Shown here one piece after another: positions 17,443 to 26,747 of a stretch of 64,000 bases of DNA. The notes below the pieces were generated by a model. That model did no database searches. It saw only the letters and a program-made list of their open reading frames with translations, and had not been told where the DNA came from. This DNA comes from Acidimicrobiales bacterium (GTDB lineage: Bacteria > Actinomycetota > Acidimicrobiia > Acidimicrobiales > Bog-793). The position numbers were made by a program, and so were the translations under genes. The number at the start of each line of letters is the position of its first letter. The stretch's first letter is position 1. Where the stretch lies: assembly GCA_052143575.1 (NCBI GenBank), contig JBKQSP010000055.1:4880-68879 (forward strand), read 5' to 3'.

Positions 17443-18809
17443 GAATACCCCGAGCCGAGGTCGGCACCGTCCGCCGCCGCGCTGGCGGTAGCGGGGACCG
17501 CCGGCGCCGCCAGCAAAGGCCGCCTCGCCGCATCGGCGTCGCGGCGCTCTCGGGCGCGCGCCTCCAGCAGGACGCGGTACTGCTCCGCCGTGAGGCGGGC
17601 GGTCACCGGCCAGGTGAAGCGTTCCAGCGTGCGCCTCCGGCCGGCGGCACCGATCCGTGCCCGCAGCTCCGGGTCTGCCAGCGCCCGCAGGAGGCCGGCG
17701 GCGAGTGCCCCGGGATCGTTCGGGGCGACGAGCAGTGCCGTCTCGCCGTCGCAACCGGCGACCTCGGGCAGGGCGCCGCCCGTCGTGGCCACGAGCGTCA
17801 CGCCGCTCGCCATCGCCTCGATCGCCGGCAGCGAGAAACCCTCGTAGAGCGACGGCACGACGGCGACCTCGGCGGAGGCGTACAGCTCGGACAGCTCGTC
17901 GTCGGAGATGCCCGAAACGAAGCGAACGGCGCCCTCGAGACCGAGACGGTCGAGGACCCCTGGGACGAGGCTGCCGTCCCGCAGGCGGCCCACGACGACG
18001 AGGTGGGCGTCGGCTCGCTCCGTGCGCACCTTGGCGAGGGCTTCGAGCAGCGGGATGAGCCCCTTCATGGGCACGTCGGCACTGGCCGTCGAGACGAGCC
18101 TGCCCGCGACGCGGGCGATCTCGGGACGGGGCCTGAACACCTTCTCGTCGACGCCGACGGGCACGACGGCCATGCGGGAGGGCTCCACTCCGAGCTGCTC
18201 GGCGATGTCACGGCGGGACGACTCGGAGACCGTGACGACGCGGGGGATCTGGCGGGCCACCCGCCGTTGCATCTCGATGAAGCCGTACCAACGGCGCAGG
18301 GTGAGGCGGCGGCGGACCGTCGTGGCGTGCGAGAGGTCGAGTTCGCGATCGACCGTGATCGGGTGGTGGATCGTCCCGAGCAACGGCCAGCCGTCCCTCA
18401 TGATGCCGACGAGGCCGCTCCCGAGGGACTGGTTGTCGTGCACGATGTCGAAATCGCCCCGCCGGGCGGCGAGCAGCTTGCGGGCTCGCAGCGTGAAGGT
18501 GCGCGGCTCGGGGAAGCCGGCGGTGCACATGATGGCGAACTCGAGGGCGTCGACGGAGGTCTTGAACTCGGAGAGCCGGGGGACACGGAAGGGATCCGGC
18601 TCGCGGTACAGGTCGAGGCTCGCCACCGGCACGAAGGCGACGCCCTCCTCCAATTCCGGGTACGGCTGCCCGGAGAACACCGTGACGTCGTGCCCGAGCT
18701 GGGTCAGCTCGTTCGTGAGGTGGCGGGTGTAGACACCTTGACCGCCACAACGTGGGTTACCCCGGTAGACGAGATACGCGACGCGAAGCCGCTCCGCATC
18801 AGCGTTCAT
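17436..18809 (-). CDS. Glycosyltransferase family 4 (GT-B fold)
   Basis: N-terminus RVAYLVYRGNPRCGGQGVYTRHLTNELTQLGHDVTVFSG. C-terminus VVPSLYEGFSLPAIEAMASGVTLVATTGGALPEV (E-x7-E region). Confidence 0.9.
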   Translation of the reverse strand: MNADAERLRVAYLVYRGNPRCGGQGVYTRHLTNELTQLGHDVTVFSGQPYPELEEGVAFVPVASLDLYREPDPFRVPRLSEFKTSVDALEFAIMCTAGFPEPRTFTLRARKLLAARRGDFDIVHDNQSLGSGLVGIMRDGWPLLGTIHHPITVDRELDLSHATTVRRRLTLRRWYGFIEMQRRVARQIPRVVTVSESSRRDIAEQLGVEPSRMAVVPVGVDEKVFRPRPEIARVAGRLVSTASADVPMKGLIPLLEALAKVRTERADAHLVVVGRLRDGSLVPGVLDRLGLEGAVRFVSGISDDELSELYASAEVAVVPSLYEGFSLPAIEAMASGVTLVATTGGALPEVAGCDGETALLVAPNDPGALAAGLLRALADPELRARIGAAGRRRTLERFTWPVTARLTAEQYRVLLEARARERRDADAARRPLLAAPAVPATASAAADGADLGSGYSC

Positions 18810-18873
18810 TATCGGTCAAGCCTTGCCCGCTTCGGTCGTGTGGCGCAACTTGGGGCCTGCCGGCGGGTTTCGC

Positions 18874-20232
18874 TCACTTGAGACCGAAGGCCGACCCGAG
18901 CGTGACGGCCACGAGCAGGACCGCCATGGCGCTGACGACGACGGTGACGACGGCAGAGGCAACCTTCAGCACGGGCCCGTTCGCCCATTTCCCGAGCACG
19001 CTCTTGCGATTGGCGAGCACGACGATGAACGTGAGGGTGATGGGCGTCACGAGACCCTGCACGACCTGGGTGCCGATGAGCAGGCTGATGAGGTTGATGG
19101 GCGTCAAGGTGACGACGACGCCGATGACGATCTGGGCCGTGAAGAGCCCGAGGAAGAGCGGCGCCTCCCGGAAGCTGCGCGAGACGGAGCGCTCCACACC
19201 GATCGCCTCGGCGAGGGCGTAGGAGGTCGAGAGCGGCACGACGGCGGCCGCCAGGGCGGAGGCGCCGAGCAGGCCGAGCCCGAAGAGGACGACAGCGGCG
19301 GAGCCGGCGACGGGGCGCAAGGCATGAGCGGCCTCCCGAGCCGAGGTCAGCACGCCCGATCCGCCGATGGCGGCACCCGTTGCGATGATGATCGACCAGG
19401 AGATGAACGTGGCGAAGCCGGCGCCGGCGACGGCGTCGATGCGCTCGAAGCGGTACTCCTCCGGCCCGATGCCCCGGTCGACGACGGCGGAGGCGTTGTA
19501 GAGCTGCATGTAGGGGGAGATCGTCGTGCCGATGAGGGCGACGGCGAGGAGGATGAAGGCCTGGTCGCCCACGATATGGGGGATCACGACCGAGGTCGCC
19601 ACGGTCGACCACCTGGGGTGGGCGAGGATCGCCGCCACCGGGTAGGCGAAAAAGGCGACCGTGAGGATCAGGAAGACGCGTTCGGCGTAGCGGTAGCTCC
19701 CGAGCAGCACGAGCAGCCAGATGGCGAGGGCAGAGAGCGGGACGGTGATGTAGCGCGAGACCCCGAACAGCTCGAAGGCCGTGGCGATGCCGGCGAACTC
19801 CGAGACGACGATGCCGACGTTGGCGATGATGAGGGCGCCGAGGGCGACGGAGGTGAGCCGGATCGAGAACTCCTCGCGGATGAGGGCGGCGAGGCCCTTG
19901 CCCGAGATGGCGCCGAGGCGGGCGGACATCTCCTGCACGAGCGCGAGGCCGATGCCGATGAGGAGCATGAGGAACAGGGTCCGGTACCGGTACTGCGATC
20001 CGGCCGAGGAGTAGGTGACGATGCCGCCGGCGTCATTGCCGGCCGCTGCCGCGATGAGGCCGGGGCCGGCGATCGCCGCCACGAAGAGGATCCGCCGCCG
20101 CAGGGGTCGGCGGCGCTGAACGTGCAGCTGGGGGCTCCCGCCCCGCAGCCGCCCGACGACGCCTACGTGTCCGTCCTCACCCGTGACCCTCGAGCGGCCC
20201 TGCGGGCCGGTAGGAGCGGCGCCAGAGCCCAT
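18874..20232 (-). CDS. NRAMP (SLC11) family transporter with a non-canonical metal-binding site (NRMT-like)
   Basis: GPGLIAAAAGNDAGGIVTYSSAGSQYRY and QEMSARLG are NRAMP TM1/TM3 signatures. TM6 reads ALIGTTISPYMQLYNAS instead of G-A-x-x-M-P-H. The start is taken at ATG 20232, 17 nt after the upstream stop. Confidence 0.85.
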   Translation of the reverse strand: MGSGAAPTGPQGRSRVTGEDGHVGVVGRLRGGSPQLHVQRRRPLRRRILFVAAIAGPGLIAAAAGNDAGGIVTYSSAGSQYRYRTLFLMLLIGIGLALVQEMSARLGAISGKGLAALIREEFSIRLTSVALGALIIANVGIVVSEFAGIATAFELFGVSRYITVPLSALAIWLLVLLGSYRYAERVFLILTVAFFAYPVAAILAHPRWSTVATSVVIPHIVGDQAFILLAVALIGTTISPYMQLYNASAVVDRGIGPEEYRFERIDAVAGAGFATFISWSIIIATGAAIGGSGVLTSAREAAHALRPVAGSAAVVLFGLGLLGASALAAAVVPLSTSYALAEAIGVERSVSRSFREAPLFLGLFTAQIVIGVVVTLTPINLISLLIGTQVVQGLVTPITLTFIVVLANRKSVLGKWANGPVLKVASAVVTVVVSAMAVLLVAVTLGSAFGLK

Positions 20233-20248
20233 AAGCCACCATCCGCCG

Positions 20249-21586
20249 TCATTGCAGGAACCTCGGGAAGTGCAGTCGTCCCCGTTCGGGCAGGAGGGCG
20301 TCCACGACGTCGTCCGCCAGGATGCGCCCGATCGGGCGGCCTTCCTCCACCACGAGGACCGACGACCGGCGCGCCTCGGTGAGCTGTGCCGCCACCTCGC
20401 GGATGGAAGCGCCCGGGCGGACCGTGAGCGGAGCCTCGTCGCCGACGAGGTCGGCAAGGCTGGAGTGGAGGTCGGCGATCACGAGGTCGAAGAGGGTGAC
20501 GTCCGCCATGAGGACGCCGTCGGCGTCGACGACCGCCACGCCGTCGAGCTCGCCGCGGTGGTCTGCCAGCTGCCGGAGCCGCTCGCGGACGGCCTCCACG
20601 GTCTCCTCGAGATGTGCGACGGCGAGCGACGTGGTCATGATGCCGCCGGCGGAGTCCTCCTCGTAAGCGAGCATGCCGGCGAGCTCCCTCGCCCGCTCAC
20701 GCGGCATGTGCTCGAGGAGCTCGTCGCGCTCGTCGCCGGCGAGGTCGCGCAGGGCCTCGACGGCCTCGTCCGTCTCCATGGAGGAGAGGAGGGCGGCCGC
20801 TTGCTCGGGGTCGACGCCGCGCAGGAGGGACTCGAGCTCCTCCGGGTCCATCTCCTCGAGGGCGTCAGCGGCGTCCTTCGGATCCAGCACCTGCAGCAGC
20901 TCCTGCTGCTCGACCCGGTCGAGGTCCTCCAGCAGGTCGGCGAGCTCGCCGGGGCGCAAGCGGGTGAGCCCCTCGTGGGAGGTGCGGAGGCGCACCGGGC
21001 GGCCGGGGGCGCCGAAGGGTTGGATTGCGGCCCAGTCGATCACCCGGCCGGGCGTCGGCTTGCTGCGCTGGCGAGCGGGGCCGAGGCGCCGGAGCAAAGT
21101 CTGGGTGCTGACGTCGACGCCGACGAGGCGGATGCGGTTCTGCACGGGCGCCAGGTAGAGGTCGGCGGCCCGGATGACCTGGACACCGTCGACGTCCACG
21201 AGCTGGTGGTCGAGCACGTCGCGGGCCAGCAGCAGCTCCCCGTCGCGGCGCTCGTAGTCGCGTAGGTCGACGCGGGCCGACCGCAGCGTCAGCACGGTGT
21301 GGCTGAGGTTGTCGACGAGGCTGGCGTCGAGAAACACCTTGCGCCTCCCCACGCGCACGACGAACCCCGTGATCGGCGGGTAGGCCTGGTCGCCGGCGAA
21401 ACGGGCGACGGCGTCCACGACTCGCCCGATCTCCTCGCCGCCCTGGTGACGCACCGGCCGGTCGATGAGCCCGGCAAGCGAGACGATGGAGTCCCGCACG
21501 GCCCGCGTCGCCGTCAGCCGCCGGTGGCGTTGATCGAGCCGGGAACGCAACGTCTGGGGTGCCGGGAGGGGCGGGCGGTGGGCCAT
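20249..21586 (-). CDS. Soluble PRC-barrel-like + MgtE N-terminal domain + CBS-pair protein (no membrane domain)
   Basis: The acidic helical MgtE_N region is ELADLLEDLDRVEQQELLQVLDPKDAADALEEMDPEELESLL...EAVEALRDLAGDERDELLEHM. The junction AGGIMTT leads into two CBS motifs. The N-terminal half has two PRC-like beta segments. The protein ends without hydrophobic helices. Confidence 0.85.
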   Translation of the reverse strand: MAHRPPLPAPQTLRSRLDQRHRRLTATRAVRDSIVSLAGLIDRPVRHQGGEEIGRVVDAVARFAGDQAYPPITGFVVRVGRRKVFLDASLVDNLSHTVLTLRSARVDLRDYERRDGELLLARDVLDHQLVDVDGVQVIRAADLYLAPVQNRIRLVGVDVSTQTLLRRLGPARQRSKPTPGRVIDWAAIQPFGAPGRPVRLRTSHEGLTRLRPGELADLLEDLDRVEQQELLQVLDPKDAADALEEMDPEELESLLRGVDPEQAAALLSSMETDEAVEALRDLAGDERDELLEHMPRERARELAGMLAYEEDSAGGIMTTSLAVAHLEETVEAVRERLRQLADHRGELDGVAVVDADGVLMADVTLFDLVIADLHSSLADLVGDEAPLTVRPGASIREVAAQLTEARRSSVLVVEEGRPIGRILADDVVDALLPERGRLHFPRFLQ

Positions 21587-22049
21587 GGAAGCCTCCTTCG
21601 GTGCTTCGGCGCCGGAGCGGCGCGGGCGGGCGTGGGATGCACGTGAGTCGGCAGATCAGTCGCGGCAGCGACGGGTGTGCCGGAACGGTGAGACCCGGTC
21701 CCGCCCGGGCATCGGCGCCGAGCAGCCAGGGTGCGGCTCAGCAGTCCGCCGGCCCGCTCAGCGACTGAGGGGGCGGCGGGGCACGAGGGGACGGGGCACG
21801 ACGGTACTCGGGGGTTGGTCGGTTGACATCGACCCCACCTCCTTTCGTGCTCGGCCAACTCGTCACGGTGCTCCGCCGACGACTCCCACCAGGCGAAACC
21901 CACCACACCCTACCCGCCCCGCCGCCTCCCAGCCGTCGGGATCGCCATGACCTCACCGCCACCGTGCCGCTGTCTCGGCTCGGCGCACCGGCCGGCCGCC
22001 GGCATCGCCGGACTGCCACCTCTGGCGGCCTGGCGATAGCCTGGGGCTC

Positions 22050-23297
22050 ATGGATCTGACGTACCCACCAGAAGCCGAGGCGTTCCGCCGCGAGGTCCGC
22101 AGTTGGCTCGAGGAGAACCTGCCCGACGGGTGGGGCCAGCCGGGCTTCTCGATGGCCCCTGACCAGCGTGCCGCCTTCAACCACGAGTGGACGAAGAAGC
22201 TTGCCGAGGGCGGCTGGATCTGCGCCTCCTGGCCGAAGGAGTACGGCGGCCGCGGGCTCTCGCTCATGGAGAGCGTCGTGCTGAACGAGGAGTTCGCTCG
22301 CTTGAACGCCCCCATGCGTGCCGACTTCTTCGGTGACACCCTCGTCGGCCCGACGATCCTCAAGTGGGGCAGCGAGGAGCAGAAGCAGTACTTCCTGCCG
22401 AAGATCCTCTCCGGCGAGATCTCCTGGTGCCAGGGCTTCTCCGAGCCCGACTCGGGCAGCGATCTCGCCTCCTTGACGACGCGGGCCGAGCTCGACGGCG
22501 ACGAATGGGTGATCAACGGGCAGAAGGTCTGGACGACGCAGGCGCAGTACGCCGATTATGTCTTCCTGCTCGCCCGCACGGACCCCGACGCCCCCAAGCA
22601 CAAGGGGATCTCCTACCTGCTCGTCCCCATGCGCCAGGACGGCATCGACGTCCGTCCCATCGCCCAGATCGACGGCTCGGCCGAGTTCAACGAGGTCTTC
22701 TTCTCGAACGCACGCTGCCCCCGCGACAATGTCGTCGGCGGCGTCAACAATGGCTGGGCCGTCGCCATGGACACCTTGGGCTTCGAGCGGGGCACCTCGG
22801 CCACCACGGGGCACCGACGGTTCCAAAAGGAGCTGGACGCCGTCATCGCAATTGCCCGGCGCAACGGGAAGATCGACGACCCCCTTGTTCGCCAGGGTCT
22901 CGCCAAGGCGTGGTCGAAGGTGAAGATCATGCAGATCAACGGGCTGCGGACCCTGACCTCGGCCCTCAACGGCGACCATTCGACGATCGCTCTCGGCGCC
23001 ACCAACAAGATGTACTGGTCCGAGTACCACCGCGACACGATGGAGCTGGCGATGGACGTCCTCGGCATGGAGGGCCAGATCCTGCCTGAAGGCGGCGGTG
23101 AGGACGGCGACGACGTCGAGTTCCTGCCGGGCATCGGGGCCCGCCACCGCCGGCCGGGCTACGCCGTGAGCCCGCTGCAGGCGAGCTTCTTCTTCTCCCG
23201 TTCCGAGACGATCTGGGGCGGCACGGCCCAGATCCAGCGCAACATCGTCGGGGAGCGGGTGCTCGGCCTTCCGAAGGAGCCCAAGGCCGGCGGCTGA
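22050..23297 (+). CDS. Acyl-CoA dehydrogenase family protein
   Basis: FSEPDSGSDLASLTTRAELDGDEWVINGQKVWTT is the ACAD middle-domain signature. The C-terminus is IWGGTAQIQRNIVGERVLGLP. Confidence 0.9.
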   Translation: MDLTYPPEAEAFRREVRSWLEENLPDGWGQPGFSMAPDQRAAFNHEWTKKLAEGGWICASWPKEYGGRGLSLMESVVLNEEFARLNAPMRADFFGDTLVGPTILKWGSEEQKQYFLPKILSGEISWCQGFSEPDSGSDLASLTTRAELDGDEWVINGQKVWTTQAQYADYVFLLARTDPDAPKHKGISYLLVPMRQDGIDVRPIAQIDGSAEFNEVFFSNARCPRDNVVGGVNNGWAVAMDTLGFERGTSATTGHRRFQKELDAVIAIARRNGKIDDPLVRQGLAKAWSKVKIMQINGLRTLTSALNGDHSTIALGATNKMYWSEYHRDTMELAMDVLGMEGQILPEGGGEDGDDVEFLPGIGARHRRPGYAVSPLQASFFFSRSETIWGGTAQIQRNIVGERVLGLPKEPKAGG

Positions 23298-23326
23298 GGC
23301 TCGGGCGACCGCAGCGGCTCCCTAAG

Positions 23327-24388
23327 GTGAGCCGCATGCGCTACAGAACCCTCGGCAGCACAGGAATCCAGGTCAGCCCGTACTGTCTCGGGGCCATGAT
23401 GTTCGGGGGGTGGGCCAACGCCGATCACGACGACGGCGTGCGAATCATCCACCGTGCCCTCGACGCCGGCATCAACTTCGTCGACACGGCCGACGTCTAC
23501 TCGCGAGGCGAGTCCGAGGAGATCGTCGGCAAAGCCCTGAAGGGACGGCGCGATGCCGTCGTGCTCGCCACGAAGGTGCACGGCCAGATGGGCGAGGGCC
23601 CGAACGAGCAGGGCAACTCCCGGCGCTGGATCATCCATGAGGTCGAGCAGTCGCTGCGGCGGCTCGGCACCGACTACATCGACCTCTCCCAGGTCCACCG
23701 GCCGGACCCCCGCACCGACATCGAGGAAACCCTCTCGGCCCTCTCCGATCTCATCCATGCCGGCAAGGTGCGCACGATCGGGTCCTCGACGTTTCCTGCC
23801 GAGCAGATCGTGGAGGCGCAGTGGGCCGCCCAGCGCGGCGGCTTCGAGCGATTTCGCTGCGAGCAGCCGCCGTACTCGCTCTTCACGCGAGGGATCGAGG
23901 CGGCCGTGCTGCCGACCTGCGAGCGCTACGGGATGGGCGTCATCGCCTGGAGCCCCCTCGGCGGCGGGTGGCTCACGGGCCGATACCGCCGCGACATGGA
24001 GATCGACATGACGACGGGGCGGGCCTCCCGCCTGCCCGCCCGTTTCGACCCCACCCTGCCGGAGAACCAGCGCAAGCTCGACCTCGTGGAGAAGCTGGAG
24101 GCAGTCGCCACCGATGCCGGCGTCTCCCTCACCCACCTGGCGATCGCCTTCGTCATCGCCCATCCCGCCGTCACCGCCGCCATCATCGGGCCACGCACGA
24201 TGGAGCAGCTCGAGGATCTGCTGGCCGGCGCCGGCACCGTGCTCGACGACGCCACCCTCGACCGTCTCGACGAGCTCGTGAAGCCGGGCAGGAACACGAA
24301 CGCCGCCGACGCAGGTTGGGAACCGCCCGCGGTCGCCCAGCCGTGGCGGCGGCGGCGCCCGCAAGGGCTGCGGTCCGCCGCGGGCTGA
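23327..24388 (+). CDS. Aldo/keto reductase
   Basis: [44 protein letters not shown] and [10 protein letters not shown]. The start could instead be ATG 23336. Confidence 0.9.
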   Translation: MSRMRYRTLGSTGIQVSPYCLGAMMFGGWANADHDDGVRIIHRALDAGINFVDTADVYSRGESEEIVGKALKGRRDAVVLATKVHGQMGEGPNEQGNSRRWIIHEVEQSLRRLGTDYIDLSQVHRPDPRTDIEETLSALSDLIHAGKVRTIGSSTFPAEQIVEAQWAAQRGGFERFRCEQPPYSLFTRGIEAAVLPTCERYGMGVIAWSPLGGGWLTGRYRRDMEIDMTTGRASRLPARFDPTLPENQRKLDLVEKLEAVATDAGVSLTHLAIAFVIAHPAVTAAIIGPRTMEQLEDLLAGAGTVLDDATLDRLDELVKPGRNTNAADAGWEPPAVAQPWRRRRPQGLRSAAG

Positions 24389-24467
24389 CCGGCCGGCGAG
24401 TCGTCCCGACCGGCGTTTCGCCCTGGAGGCGCCAGAGCGCGAGAATCGGCGAGACCGAGGAGGCCGC

Positions 24468-26285
24468 ATGCTCCCTGATTACGCCGAATACGAGCAGGCC
24501 ATCGGCCTCGACTGGTACGCCGCCGACCCCAACCTGCGACTCCTGCTCGACCGCCTGCTGCCCGACAGCGACGACCGGCTGTTCGCGGAGGACGTCGTCT
24601 CGCGCTACGGCGTCCTCGTAGGGCAGAAGATCGCAGCGAACGCCGAGGCCACCGACAAGCACGGCCCGGTCCTCGCCCGCTATGACCGCTGGGGCAACGA
24701 CGTCGGCCTCGTCGAGCACAGCGCCACCTGGATGGAGAACAAGGCGGAGCTGATCCGGGCGGGCTTCGCCGGGGGCCTGCAAGCGCACGCCGGTCGGCCC
24801 GTGCCGGCCGTCGTCACAGCCGCCATCTCCTACCTCGTGTCGCAGGCCGAGACGGCCGCCTACTGCGCCCTCGGGATGACGAGCGGAGCGGCCGACATCG
24901 TCGAGCGCTACGCACCGCTGTCGGTGCGCGGCGAGATCCTTGGCCGGCTGACGTCGCTCGACCCGGAGGAGTCCTGGGAAGGCGGCATGTTCCTCACCGA
25001 GCGCCAAGGCGGCAGCGACGTCGGCGCCAACACGACGAGCGCCGTGCAGGACGGCGACGAATGGCGCCTCTTCGGCGACAAGCACTTCTGCTCGAACGTC
25101 GACGCCGACGTCTTCATCGTGCTCGCCCGCCCGCACGGGGCGCCCGAGGGCAGCCGCGGGCTGGCTACGTTCATCATGCCCCGCTGCCTGCCCGACGGCG
25201 GCCAGAACGGCTTCTGGGTGAAGCGGTTGAAGCCGAAGCTCGGCACCGTGGGAGTCCCCACCGGTGAGGTCACCCTGGACGGGGCGCTCGCCTGGCTGGC
25301 CGGCCCGCAGCGAGAAGCCGACACCGGCCTCGGCAACGGTCACTCCGATGCCGCCCGCGACGGCCGAGGCCTCAACCGGATGATGGAGATGGTGAACGGG
25401 AGCCGGTTCGGTGTGGCGCTCATGAGCCTCGGCATCCACCGCCGTGCCTGGCTCGAGGCGGCCATCTACGCCGCCAACCGCCAGCAGTTCGGCAACCGGG
25501 TCGACTCGTACCCGCTCGTGCGGGAGACCCTCGTCGACCTGCTCACCGACCTCGAGGCCGGGCTCAGCCTCAGCTTCGAGTGCGCGGCGGCGAACCGCAC
25601 AGCCCCCTCACCAGAGGAGGGTGCCATGCTGCGCCGCATCGCCATCCCGCTCGCCAAGCTGCGGGCTTGCCGCGTGGGCCTCGAGTCGACGATGCACGCC
25701 CTCGAGGTCTTCGGCGGCAACGGCTACATGGAGGACTGGCCGGTCGCCCGGCAGCTGCGCGACGCCCAGTGCCACACGATCTGGGAAGGCACGGAGAACA
25801 TCTGCTGCATCGACGTGCGGCGAGCCATGCGCTCGGACAACGCCGACGAAGCCGTCCTGCGGCGGATCGACCGGGCGGTCGATGCCGGCTCTTCGGCGCC
25901 GCCCTCCGGGGGCGTGCTGCACGAGCCGCTGGCGGCGCTGCGGGGCGCCCGCGCCGAGCTCGCCGAGGCCGTGGCGTTTCTGCGCTCGGCACCGAGCGAC
26001 CTCGCCCTCCTGCAGCTTCGCCGCTTCTCCTACCTCATGGCCGACACCTTGGAAGGCGCCCTCCTCTGCGAGGAGGCGGCCTGGTCGCTCGGGCGCGACG
26101 GCGACGCCCGCAAGGCCGTCATCGCACGCCGCTTCGCCGCACGCCGGCTCAGCAACCGGCCCCTGCGCGGCATCACGAGCCCGGACCGAACGGTCATCGA
26201 CCTCTTCGAGCCCATCGTGCGCTACGGCAGGATCGATCCGTCAGACGCACTGGCGGCGGCCGGGGCGATGGCTGCCTCGTCCTGA
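24468..26285 (+). CDS. AidB-like acyl-CoA dehydrogenase family protein (605 aa)
   Basis: GMFLTERQGGSDVGANTTSA...WRLFGDKHFCSN and LEVFGGNGYMEDWPVARQLRDAQCHTIWEGTENI. The long N- and C-terminal extensions are typical of the AidB subgroup. Confidence 0.85.
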   Translation: MLPDYAEYEQAIGLDWYAADPNLRLLLDRLLPDSDDRLFAEDVVSRYGVLVGQKIAANAEATDKHGPVLARYDRWGNDVGLVEHSATWMENKAELIRAGFAGGLQAHAGRPVPAVVTAAISYLVSQAETAAYCALGMTSGAADIVERYAPLSVRGEILGRLTSLDPEESWEGGMFLTERQGGSDVGANTTSAVQDGDEWRLFGDKHFCSNVDADVFIVLARPHGAPEGSRGLATFIMPRCLPDGGQNGFWVKRLKPKLGTVGVPTGEVTLDGALAWLAGPQREADTGLGNGHSDAARDGRGLNRMMEMVNGSRFGVALMSLGIHRRAWLEAAIYAANRQQFGNRVDSYPLVRETLVDLLTDLEAGLSLSFECAAANRTAPSPEEGAMLRRIAIPLAKLRACRVGLESTMHALEVFGGNGYMEDWPVARQLRDAQCHTIWEGTENICCIDVRRAMRSDNADEAVLRRIDRAVDAGSSAPPSGGVLHEPLAALRGARAELAEAVAFLRSAPSDLALLQLRRFSYLMADTLEGALLCEEAAWSLGRDGDARKAVIARRFAARRLSNRPLRGITSPDRTVIDLFEPIVRYGRIDPSDALAAAGAMAASS

Positions 26286-26386
26286 GGCGACAGGGGGTTG
26301 CAGGGCTTGAACCTCGAGGCGCTCGGCCCGGGCTGCCGGAGCCGGCCGGCTCGGCCGTGCCGAGACGGCACCGATCCAGCCTGCCG

Positions 26387-26614
26387 TCAGATCCAGCCTT
26401 GGCCCCCGTCGAGCTGCCGACCGGTCCCGCTCGAGTGCGACAGGTGGTCCACCACGATGGGATGGACGGGCGGGGTGTGACGGACGGGGCCCGGTATCGG
26501 CCGAGTCGTCACGGCCGCCCCGAGGGCGGCGGACATCAGCAATCCCGCCACAACGAACAGCGGCTTCTTTGACGGCCGGACGGCTCGCCCCTGCGGGCGC
26601 TGTGCTCGGCTCAT
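26387..26614 (-). CDS. Possible small signal-anchored protein (75 aa)
   Basis: MSRAQRPQGRAVRPSKKPLFVVAGLLMSAALGAAVTT has a basic n-region followed by a hydrophobic helix. No homology is recognised. It sits in a 460-nt gap that is otherwise empty. Confidence 0.3.
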   Translation of the reverse strand: MSRAQRPQGRAVRPSKKPLFVVAGLLMSAALGAAVTTRPIPGPVRHTPPVHPIVVDHLSHSSGTGRQLDGGQGWI

Positions 26615-26747
26615 CGTCGCCTCCAGCGCATGGCGGCCGGTCCTGTCGCCGGCCCTCACCAACATCTGACGCACCAGGGTGCCGGTTGGTTGCAGGGAAT
26701 CTCAATTCCGGCAGGAGACTGCCACCACGACGGCCCGGGCGGCGAGG

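Noticed and set aside
21587-22049. M-box (Mg2+) riboswitch in the leader of the MgtE_N/NRAMP operon.
   Set aside because: Only a GGTGAGGTC fragment resembles the M-box 5' motif. The expected GGGUCAACAG / AAGGUG / GCUAAAGC elements are not present in the right order. This is kept only as a suggestion for a covariance-model scan.
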